From NCBI GenBank assembly GCA_945878405.1, contig CAMCTJ010000008.1, forward strand, positions 30,625 through 94,624: a DNA stretch of 64,000 nt, read 5' to 3'. A program made the translations under genes and the position numbers. The stretch comes from Bdellovibrio sp. ZAP7. Lineage in GTDB: Bacteria > Bdellovibrionota > FAC87 > UBA2466. The notes beneath the pieces were generated by a model. The model was not told the origin of the DNA. It saw nothing but the letters and a program-made list of their open reading frames with translations, and did no database searches. Below, piece by piece: positions 18,756-26,833 of the stretch (position 1 is the stretch's first letter; every line of letters starts with the position of its first letter).

Positions 18756-19664
18756 ATGAAAGCACTGGTTACGGGCGGAGCAGGATTTATCGGTTCTCAA
18801 CTCGCGTTATGGCTCGAAAAAGAGGGCCATACAGTGACTGTCATGGATGATTTTTTTTCTGCGGACTCTAGAAACTTAACAGGATTTAGTGGAAGAATTC
18901 TGAGACAGGATGTTTCTCAGGATTTCGAGTGCTCTGAAAAGTTTGATTCTATTTTCCATCAAGCGGCAATTACTGACCCACGCTATCCAACAGACGACGA
19001 AGTATTTAAGCGAAACGTAAATGGATTTAAAAATATTCTTAGCCTGGCAAAAAAACACGGTTCGAAAGTCGTATACGCCTCTACTGCTGGAGTTTATGGA
19101 AACGGGCCAGTGCCTATGAAAGAGGATCAAGTTAAAGAGTGTGTGACTGCGTACGCACTTTCTAAACTTGAGATGGAAAGAATGGCCAAGGAAAATGAAG
19201 GACAGATTCGCCTCGTAGGACTTCGTTATTTCAATGTCTTTGGCCCTCATGAAATTCATAAGGGTCGACCCGCCTCGATGATTTATCATCTGTGGAAGCA
19301 AATGCGTGAGGGAAAACGCCCTCGATTATTCCAATGGGGAGAACAAATTCGAGACTTCATTTATGTGAAAGATGTAGTGAAAGCTAATTTGTGTGCCCTA
19401 ACAGCAGCTCCAGGTGTTTACAATGTTGGGACGGGTGTTGGGACTTCCTTCAATCAATTGGTTACGTATCTCAATGAAGCGATGGGCACTGGAATGGAAC
19501 CTGAATATTTCGAGATGCCTTTTGATGGAAAAACCTATCAGCACCATACGCTAGCGGACATCGAAACCGCCAAGAAGCACCTGCATTTTGAGGCTGATTG
19601 GAAAATGAGCGAAGCGGTTAAAGATTATGTCGGCTTCTTAGACGCCAATGTCCTCATTCCATAA
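18756..19664 (+). CDS. ADP-L-glycero-D-manno-heptose 6-epimerase-like NAD-dependent epimerase
   Basis: TGGAGFIGS, YALSK, LRYFNVFGPHEIHKGRPASM resembling HldD/RfaD. Confidence 0.8.
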   Translation: MKALVTGGAGFIGSQLALWLEKEGHTVTVMDDFFSADSRNLTGFSGRILRQDVSQDFECSEKFDSIFHQAAITDPRYPTDDEVFKRNVNGFKNILSLAKKHGSKVVYASTAGVYGNGPVPMKEDQVKECVTAYALSKLEMERMAKENEGQIRLVGLRYFNVFGPHEIHKGRPASMIYHLWKQMREGKRPRLFQWGEQIRDFIYVKDVVKANLCALTAAPGVYNVGTGVGTSFNQLVTYLNEAMGTGMEPEYFEMPFDGKTYQHHTLADIETAKKHLHFEADWKMSEAVKDYVGFLDANVLIP

Positions 19665-20075
19665 TTGAGGATTTTTCTGAATAAACTCTTCCATGAGTTG
19701 AATACATTCCGAATTTTGAAGGATAGAAAGAGAAACCCCTCTTGAACGCACATAGGTTTCAGGCCCTTGAAAGGTCTTGTTTTCTCCAATTACAATTCGT
19801 GGAATTTTATAGAGTAGGGCAGTCCCGCTACACATATCGCAAGGGGAAAGCGTTGAATAAAGAACGGCTCTCTCATAGTCTTTGGCTTTGAGACGGCCCG
19901 CATTTTCCAAACAGTCCATTTCTGCATGTAAGATTGCACTGCTTTTTTGAACTCTTCGATTATGACCCCTGCCTACTATTTTTCCATCAATGACTAATAC
20001 AGAACCAATGGGGATGCCTCCCTCTTTGAGTCCTTGTTTAGCCTCTTCGATAGCTGCTTGGAGAAAAGGATCCAT
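19638..20075 (-). CDS. Zn-dependent cytosine deaminase (Fcy1-like nucleoside deaminase family)
   Basis: EGGIPIG, GHNRRVQ, HAE, TLSPCDMC, GEN motifs. Confidence 0.88.
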   Translation of the reverse strand: MDPFLQAAIEEAKQGLKEGGIPIGSVLVIDGKIVGRGHNRRVQKSSAILHAEMDCLENAGRLKAKDYERAVLYSTLSPCDMCSGTALLYKIPRIVIGENKTFQGPETYVRSRGVSLSILQNSECIQLMEEFIQKNPQLWNEDIGV

Positions 20076-21451
20076 CAGTATTTGGAAATAGTATCTGCCG
20101 CTTTAAAGACATTCAGACGGCCTTCAGTAATCGTGATTCCTTTGAGACTCGAAACCGGATCCACGGATTTTAAGAGAATGTCTTTCAACAGTTTTGCCCC
20201 TTCCGCGGGCTGGGATTGATAAAGCTGGGCAAAGTTCTTACTGGCCACACTGTGAAGAAGAGCAACGGCTCCTGTAACGTGAGGAGTGGCCATTGAGGTT
20301 CCGGTTAATTTTTTAGTTTTATTACCGGGAACAGTGCTCAGAATATCAGTGCCGGGAGCACCCAGGTGAATTGTCTTAGCCCCATAGCCAGCACCATCTT
20401 TGTATTTTTCGTCTTCTGAGTCTGTGTTAGTTACCGAAATAATGTATGAACTTTTGCAGCCCGACGGAACATCTCCGTCACTATCCACATCAACATCTGA
20501 ATTTGAAGTAGCTACGACAGAAATAATGCCTAGCTTTCCCATTTCATTATAGAGATCATTCCAGGCGGCAAAATCACTGCTAGCACAGTCTGCTCTATCC
20601 ACTCCAAAACTTGAATTAGTTACGACGATATTAGCTCCCTTTTTTCCTTTGGATTCCAGCCAAAGTTTCTTTTGAGCGATGACGTAACCATAAGCTCTTG
20701 CGACAACGGAAGTTTCCCCTGATGAACCAGCAACTCCCATGATTTTGGTGTTCCAGTTCACGCCCGAGACTTGCAATTTATTGTTGCCTTGAGCACCTAA
20801 AATGCCAGCAACGTGGGTACCGTGGAGAAAATCCATATCGGTTGGATTGCCAGCTAGAGTCCCATTTTCTTCAACTGCGTTCCAACCATTCACATCATCG
20901 ATATATCCATTTTTATCATCATCCACGCCGTTTCCGGGGGTTTCTCCGGAGTTTGTCCAAATATTGTTCTGAAGATCTTTGTGATTCACATCGAGTCCGC
21001 CATCAACAACGGCGACCACCACTTCATTACCGTGGGCATCTTTTCCGCCTGTTCCAATTTCCCAGGCTTGGGTTGTTCCAATATCTCCCCGAGCACTCAA
21101 ACCATTCAAACTCCACTGAGCCTTTAATTCTGGATCATTAGGACTTTGACGTAACTTCACCACATGATCGGGATGAGCGTAACGGATAAGCCCAGATTTA
21201 TTGGAAAAAGTTTTTAAAAAAGAAGAGCTGAGAGAGGATTTTTTAAAGGTCACCGAGTACAGATTTAAAGAAGGGACCAAGGCCTCAACTTTTTCTACCT
21301 CTTGATTTTGAAGTAAGGTTTGAATTTCTTCGTGTTTCAAACCATCCTGAAATCGGACAATGATCTTTTTAGGATTGGAAGTAAGAGCCGAAGCCTGACT
21401 TGCCATCCAGAAAGCCAATCCGAAGCCGAACATACGTAGGTGCTTAGCCAT
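20075..21451 (-). CDS. Secreted subtilisin-like S8 serine peptidase
   Basis: VAVVDGG, HGTHVAG, TGTSMATPHV triad; signal peptide and prodomain. Confidence 0.93.
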   Translation of the reverse strand: MAKHLRMFGFGLAFWMASQASALTSNPKKIIVRFQDGLKHEEIQTLLQNQEVEKVEALVPSLNLYSVTFKKSSLSSSFLKTFSNKSGLIRYAHPDHVVKLRQSPNDPELKAQWSLNGLSARGDIGTTQAWEIGTGGKDAHGNEVVVAVVDGGLDVNHKDLQNNIWTNSGETPGNGVDDDKNGYIDDVNGWNAVEENGTLAGNPTDMDFLHGTHVAGILGAQGNNKLQVSGVNWNTKIMGVAGSSGETSVVARAYGYVIAQKKLWLESKGKKGANIVVTNSSFGVDRADCASSDFAAWNDLYNEMGKLGIISVVATSNSDVDVDSDGDVPSGCKSSYIISVTNTDSEDEKYKDGAGYGAKTIHLGAPGTDILSTVPGNKTKKLTGTSMATPHVTGAVALLHSVASKNFAQLYQSQPAEGAKLLKDILLKSVDPVSSLKGITITEGRLNVFKAADTISKY

Positions 21452-21605
21452 TTGTGATTTCCCCCAAAAATCTAACCAAAAACCAAAAACCAACAACTTG
21501 TACTGCTTGTGTGGAGGTGAAGCTAGTCAGCTTGGTGCCATTTTGAAACCTCTAAAAGCCCAAAAGGGTTTTTAGTGTTAGCGGATGTTTCTATTTTTTG
21601 TGACG

Positions 21606-22979
21606 CTACGAGTTGACTTCAGAGAGGCCTAAATCGTGCAACTTCCTATAAAACGTAGCTCGAGTCAGACCGAGCTCCTTCATTGAGGGAGTTTTCTTTC
21701 CGCCATTTTTTTGAAGCGTTTTCTCTATGGTTTTACGTTCGAAGTCTTTTACTTGGCTCTCTAAATCTTTGGAGTCACCAATAAAATTGACGGATTGAGG
21801 ATGTGCTCCAGGAGTCAGATTTTTCAGATCGTAAACTTCGACTGAATCAATCTGTCCACTTTTTGCAAAAGCCAAAGCTCTTTTTACGGTAGATTCTAGC
21901 TGTCTTACATTTCCGGGCCATTCATAACTCATGAGTTGGTCCATCGCATTCCTAGCGAAGGTTGGACTTGGATTTTCTAAGGAGTGTTTCTTAATGAAAT
22001 GTTCAACCAATAAAGGTATGTCGCATTTCCTTTCGCGAAGAGGAGGTAAGAAAAGAACAACATCGCTTAAGCGGTACAACAAGTCTTCTCGGAACTTTCC
22101 CTTAAGAATCATTTCTGAAAGAGGTTGGTTAGTGGCAGAAATAGCTCTGAAAGAAAGATTTTTGGTTTTATTGGATCCCAAACGCTGGACTTGTTTTTCT
22201 TGCAAGACTCTTAGGATCTTACTCTGCACTTCAATGGGAAGATCGCCTATTTCATCTAAAAAAATATCCCCAGAATCTGCTAATTCAAATTTTCCGGGGC
22301 GGTTGAATTTTGCATCAGTGAAAGCTCCTTTTTCCACCCCAAAGAGTTCGGCCTCCAAAAGATTCACGGGAATGGCCGGCATATTAGCAACTACGAAGGG
22401 GCGTTGGTTATTTTCTTCCTGTTCATACAAATAGCGCGCTAAAACTTCTTTTCCCGTGCCACTTTCTCCTAAAATCAAAACGTTTAAGTGAGTTTTATGT
22501 TTTAGCAAATTTGCCTTATCCATTACATCCTTGAGAGCGGGGGAACTCCCTAAAAACGGAACAGGCTGGGGCCTAATTAATGGCTCGAGTTTTTCTAAAT
22601 TTGTTTTTAATTTTCTGCTTTCAATGGCTTTTTCGATGGCCATTATCAACTCTTCTGGTTCCATCGGTTTTACTAAATAATCCAAAGCTCCCGAACGCAT
22701 GCATTCAATGGCAGTAGTAATTTCTTTTTGGCCACTTAAGACGATAATTTCTACAAGAGGATAAGTTTTTTTCCATTGCCTAATGAGTTGCTCACCTTTT
22801 TCTTCGCCCAAATGAAGGTCCAACACAACACAGTCTACGTTGCCGGTTTTTAAAATATTTTCGGCAGAAGTAGCTCCCGTCGCAAGAAAAACGGCAAAGT
22901 GGGACTTCAGTCGATGCTCAAAAGAACTGAGAAGCAGTTCGTCGTCATCTACTAAAAGAACGGTACTTTTGTGGGCCAT
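21606..22979 (-). CDS. Sigma54-dependent response regulator (NtrC/AtoC family)
   Basis: Receiver (VDDD, VLDL, KP), GESGTGKE, GAFTDA, FLDEI, WPGNVRQL, C-terminal HTH. Confidence 0.93.
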   Translation of the reverse strand: MAHKSTVLLVDDDELLLSSFEHRLKSHFAVFLATGATSAENILKTGNVDCVVLDLHLGEEKGEQLIRQWKKTYPLVEIIVLSGQKEITTAIECMRSGALDYLVKPMEPEELIMAIEKAIESRKLKTNLEKLEPLIRPQPVPFLGSSPALKDVMDKANLLKHKTHLNVLILGESGTGKEVLARYLYEQEENNQRPFVVANMPAIPVNLLEAELFGVEKGAFTDAKFNRPGKFELADSGDIFLDEIGDLPIEVQSKILRVLQEKQVQRLGSNKTKNLSFRAISATNQPLSEMILKGKFREDLLYRLSDVVLFLPPLRERKCDIPLLVEHFIKKHSLENPSPTFARNAMDQLMSYEWPGNVRQLESTVKRALAFAKSGQIDSVEVYDLKNLTPGAHPQSVNFIGDSKDLESQVKDFERKTIEKTLQKNGGKKTPSMKELGLTRATFYRKLHDLGLSEVNS

Positions 22980-22984
22980 AAGAA

Positions 22985-22994
22985 CCCCCCCCCC
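22985..22994 (-). repeat. G10 homopolymer at the RBS position of the sigma54 activator
   Basis: C10 on + strand; minus strand reads GGGGGGGGGG-TTCTT-ATG. Confidence 0.85.
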
Positions 22995-23073
22995 AACTCT
23001 CAGGCTTAACTTAAATACCGCCCCGCGGCAATAACGAAGGGGTTTTTAGATGTCGGAAAAATAAAAAAACAAA

Positions 23074-23100
23074 TAAATTACAGCCATTTACGTCCGATAG
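23074..23100 (+). promoter_or_regulatory. Candidate sigma28 promoter
   Basis: TAAA-N15-TCCGATAG upstream of the TPR gene. Confidence 0.65.
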
Positions 23101-23160
23101 AGTCCTGCCTCAAGTTTCTTGGATAAAAGGGCGATGGAGTTGGGAAAGGACCTCGAGGCA

Positions 23161-24558
23161 ATGAAGCGATATTCTTTGATAATTTTCGTACTGGGGATCA
23201 TGGGGGGCTTGTCCTACGGGTCGGTAGACCTTCTTCGACAGCTTCTTCAAGAGAATCGTTCCGAGGAGGCTGTACCTATCTGCCGTCAGTATGAAGTTTT
23301 GCCGAGTCGTGACGAAGCTGTGAACTTCGCATGTGCGTGGGTTTACTTTCGTACCTTTCGCGCGAACGCTGCAGAGCTTTTGATGCAGAAGCTGAAAAAC
23401 TCAACTTCGCTTCCAGAATATCAACTTCTGAAAATTTACGGCAATGTTGCGAGTCAACTTTTGCCTTCTGACTCGCTCAAAAAATTAGAACCCGCAGCTC
23501 GTCAACAATACGACGAGAAAATGAAATTAAAACTTTCAGAAGCCCAGCGAGAACTTCAAAGATTTTTGGACCAATACAAGACCACTGCCATGGGCAAACT
23601 GGCTCAGGAGCTCAGTGCCGAATTTTATGAGATGAAAGGTCAATTGGAACCCGCGGCTTTTCTCTACCGAGGTCTGATTGCCGAGCACCCCAAAAGTGGA
23701 AGGGCTCATTGGGGACTGGGCCGATATTACCTAGCTCAAGGAGACATCAGACGAGCTAAGGGGTCTCTGGAGAAAACGGCGGAACTTTGGCCAAGACATA
23801 TCGGTTCTCGCTACAATTTAGCGTTAGTTTCCATTGCTGAAGGACCTCAAAGTTATCGTGAGGCAGCTCGGTGGCTCGCTGAGGCTTTTAAAATAGATAA
23901 CGCCGACGTGGGAGTGCTTGAGCAAATCGGCGTTCTTTTGGAGGCGAGTGGAAAGCCATTGGCTGCTCTTAAATACTGGCAAAGAGCGCTTCAACTCAAT
24001 CCCCAAGCTTCGATTGCTTCAAAAAAAATGCAGCAAAATGTTGCCCTTGTGATTCAAGATTTGTTGATGAAGAAAAAATGGAAGGAAGCCTTAGAAAAAA
24101 TTGATACTTTCAGCCCCTTGAAAGAGGAGGGAGATGAATTTAGTCTTCAGAGAGGTATCTGTTATCGACATTTGTCGGAATTTCAAAAAGCATTTCAACA
24201 GTTATCTATTGTTGTTCAAGACGCCCCCGAAAATCCGTTAGCTATTCGAGAATTAGGAATTGCTAAATTAAACCTCAAACAAACTGACGAAGCTCTAAAG
24301 CTCTTTGAAAAAGCCACCAAAATTGAAAAAAATGAAGGGTGGAACTTTGCGTGGTTGGGATTTGCCCTAGAAGCAAAAAAAGATTACGTACGAGCAGCTG
24401 AAGCGTGGAATCAGGCAGCTTCCCTTTTGAAAGAGCCCACTGAAATCAAGCAGGCCTTGGAGAAAGTGGTTCGGCTGGAGCAAAAAACAGGCACAAGAGT
24501 AATCGCTGGTAAACCCGAGAAAAAACCTGATCTTGATAGTAAACCAGCAAATGAGTAA
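23161..24558 (+). CDS. Exported tetratricopeptide repeat protein
   Basis: Signal-like N-terminus; several TPR units (e.g. ALKYWQRALQLNP); start uncertain (23119/23134/23161). Confidence 0.85.
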   Translation: MKRYSLIIFVLGIMGGLSYGSVDLLRQLLQENRSEEAVPICRQYEVLPSRDEAVNFACAWVYFRTFRANAAELLMQKLKNSTSLPEYQLLKIYGNVASQLLPSDSLKKLEPAARQQYDEKMKLKLSEAQRELQRFLDQYKTTAMGKLAQELSAEFYEMKGQLEPAAFLYRGLIAEHPKSGRAHWGLGRYYLAQGDIRRAKGSLEKTAELWPRHIGSRYNLALVSIAEGPQSYREAARWLAEAFKIDNADVGVLEQIGVLLEASGKPLAALKYWQRALQLNPQASIASKKMQQNVALVIQDLLMKKKWKEALEKIDTFSPLKEEGDEFSLQRGICYRHLSEFQKAFQQLSIVVQDAPENPLAIRELGIAKLNLKQTDEALKLFEKATKIEKNEGWNFAWLGFALEAKKDYVRAAEAWNQAASLLKEPTEIKQALEKVVRLEQKTGTRVIAGKPEKKPDLDSKPANE

Positions 24559-24572
24559 TAAGGTATGTCCCA

Positions 24573-25463
24573 ATGGAATGGTTCCAAATCAAAGTTTTTG
24601 TTACTGACGAATCCCTCAAAGAGGCCCTCTCGAGCTTCTTTTTTGACCTCGGCGCAGAAGGGGTTAGTGAAACTATCGACAAGGGTGTCTCTCAAGGAAT
24701 CTGTGCCTGTTTTCCAAATGAGCAGGAAACTGAACTCAAAGATCAAATCAATAAGTACCTCGAATCGCTCAAAGAAGGTTTTTCGAGTGCCAACAATTTA
24801 ACTTGGATCTTTACCTGGGTTCCCGAGGACAATTGGTCTGAAAAATATAAAGAGTTTTACCAAGCCCAAAAATTAACGGAACGGTTCTTTTTAAGGCCGC
24901 AATGGGATTTAAAAACTGCGATCCCCACAGACATGTTTCCCATTATTTTAGATCCCGGTCAGGCTTTTGGTACGGGCCTCCATCCCAGTACAAAACTCAG
25001 CATGAAACTGATTGAGGATGCAGCAGGACTTTATCCCAATCTTCAGGATCTCAACATTTTGGATGTCGGTACGGGAACAGGAATTCTTGCCATTGCAGCA
25101 AACCACCTCGGTTTTGGTTCGGTAATAGCCATCGATAACGACGAGGATGCTGTTCGAGTGGCCCGTGAGAACTTAGTCATTAACCAAGCCGAAAAAGTTA
25201 ATGTTTCGGGAACTTCCATTTCAAGTCTTTCTGGCTCTTTTGATCTCATCGTCTCGAATATTTTATTGGAGACACACCTGCTTCTAGCTAAGGACTATAG
25301 TCGGTTACTAAAAACCGGAGGCCTTTTGATCCTGTCCGGATTGCTTGGCGGTCAATTAAAACAAGTCGAATCGGTCCTTAAGCCTCAAGGATTTGTACCC
25401 CAGCAAAAATATCTTTATCAGGAGTGGGCTGCTACGAGTTATTGTCTGAGAGTCAAGTCATGA
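24573..25463 (+). CDS. prmA: Ribosomal protein L11 methyltransferase
   Basis: LDPGQAFGTGLHPST, LDVGTGTGILAI, SNIL, LILSGL. Confidence 0.95.
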   Translation: MEWFQIKVFVTDESLKEALSSFFFDLGAEGVSETIDKGVSQGICACFPNEQETELKDQINKYLESLKEGFSSANNLTWIFTWVPEDNWSEKYKEFYQAQKLTERFFLRPQWDLKTAIPTDMFPIILDPGQAFGTGLHPSTKLSMKLIEDAAGLYPNLQDLNILDVGTGTGILAIAANHLGFGSVIAIDNDEDAVRVARENLVINQAEKVNVSGTSISSLSGSFDLIVSNILLETHLLLAKDYSRLLKTGGLLILSGLLGGQLKQVESVLKPQGFVPQQKYLYQEWAATSYCLRVKS

Positions 25464-26833
25464 AGCCCGTTCTGGCCTCCGCATTAGAAAAATGTCAGGT
25501 GCTTCTGGAGGCACTTCAAAATAAAAGCCAACAAAAACACCTGATTTTTTGGTCTCAATTGAATCCAGACCTGAAAAACTGGAACGAAACAGCTCGTGGG
25601 TATTTGAAGTCTTTTGATTTAGTACAAAAATATCGGGATGCCAAAGAGGGGAGTCCCGAGGCTTTTCTCTATTCCAATTCCGTTGAGAGTTGTGTTGAAT
25701 TTTCTGATAAATATTCGCTTGAGATAAAAAAGCAAGAGTTCGCAGAACTGGGGGGATTGATTTTTCTCAGTGGCTTACTCTTTGTGGTCTTGCGTTGGGC
25801 ACTTCGCAGGAAAAATCAGGTTCGGTTCGGCATACTCCTTCTGGTTAGTCTTTCCTTTTGTGCTCAAGCCAAAGCAAAAAGCGAACCCATCTTGCGAGTC
25901 TATTCTTATGACGCGTTGACTGGTCGGAACAGCTTTGGCGAGTTTCTTTCAAAAAAATTTTTTGAAAAGCACCATGTAAAAGTACAGTTTGTTTCTTTCG
26001 GAACTGCTGGAGAGGCGATTAATCAAGTCGTTTTAGAGGGATCAAAAACGAAGGCCGATCTTTTGATGGGCTTGGATGAGGTTATGTTTCGAAAAGTCCA
26101 GAAACGAGATCTCTTTCATGAATTAGAACCCTCACTATCAGAGGGATTGGTTCCTGATTTAAAAAAGAGCACCACCCGCACGTTTATTCCTTTTGATTAT
26201 GGATTCGTGTCTTTTGTGTATGATGATTCCAGAACTGCTTTTCCCAAGAAAGTTTCGTTAAAAACATTTCCGGAAATCCTGAGTGCCCAGCATAAAGTCG
26301 TTATTCAAGATCCTCGAACATCATCTTTGGGAATCGAATTTCTGATTTGGACCTTTGAAAAGCTTAACGACGGTGCGAAGAAATTCTGGACCGCTTTGAA
26401 TCCGCATATTTTAACGGTTTCTCCTGGATGGTCTGGGGCCTACGAATTATTTTTAAGAAAACAAGCCGACTTTGTAATTTCGTACACTACCAGTCCCGCC
26501 TATCACCGAATCAAAGAGAAAAAGGAATCTATCAAGCCTCTTATTTTTGAGGAGGGGCATTTTAGGCAGGTAGAGGGTATTTCGGTTTTGAGATCTAGTA
26601 GCCAGAAAGAATTAGCTTCCCGGTTTATTCAGTTTGTTTTGGGAGAAGAGGCTCAGAGCCAGCTTCCCACTTATCAATGGATGTACCCTGCAAGAAAGGC
26701 GGTCGTGTTGCCCAGAGAGTTTCAAGATATTCCTATTCCGAAACAGGTAACCGTTGATTGGGATCAGATATCCTCAAAAAAAGACCAATGGATTCAAGAT
26801 TGGGCATTAATGTTAAGTCAGGATCCGAAATGA
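25460..26833 (+). CDS. thiB: Thiamine ABC transporter substrate-binding protein with long N-terminal extension
   Basis: VYSYD, PFDYG, QDPRTSSLG, GWSGAYELF, SYTTSPAYH; ATGA overlap with prmA stop. Confidence 0.85.
   Translation: MKPVLASALEKCQVLLEALQNKSQQKHLIFWSQLNPDLKNWNETARGYLKSFDLVQKYRDAKEGSPEAFLYSNSVESCVEFSDKYSLEIKKQEFAELGGLIFLSGLLFVVLRWALRRKNQVRFGILLLVSLSFCAQAKAKSEPILRVYSYDALTGRNSFGEFLSKKFFEKHHVKVQFVSFGTAGEAINQVVLEGSKTKADLLMGLDEVMFRKVQKRDLFHELEPSLSEGLVPDLKKSTTRTFIPFDYGFVSFVYDDSRTAFPKKVSLKTFPEILSAQHKVVIQDPRTSSLGIEFLIWTFEKLNDGAKKFWTALNPHILTVSPGWSGAYELFLRKQADFVISYTTSPAYHRIKEKKESIKPLIFEEGHFRQVEGISVLRSSSQKELASRFIQFVLGEEAQSQLPTYQWMYPARKAVVLPREFQDIPIPKQVTVDWDQISSKKDQWIQDWALMLSQDPK

Noticed and set aside
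21473-21497. AACCAAA-type short repeats in the subtilisin leader
   Set aside because: About three imperfect copies of low-complexity sequence; not an array
21525-21540. Minus-strand TGGCAC-CAAGC-TGAC upstream of the subtilisin gene as a sigma54 promoter
   Set aside because: The -24 box is perfect but the -12 position reads AC, not GC; left unassigned
21552-21575. CTAAAAGCCC-AAAA-GGGTTTTTAG hairpin as a terminator
   Set aside because: Weak stem with a mismatch on the transcribed (minus) strand and no clean U tract after it
23129-23160. GGCGATGGAGTT resembling the start of a fluoride riboswitch
   Set aside because: No CGCC pairing partner or downstream conserved elements, and no crcB-like gene
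25425-25500. CTGAGA upstream of thiB as a possible TPP riboswitch
   Set aside because: It lies inside the prmA coding end, and the ACCTGA...TAAT...GCGNAGG core is missing
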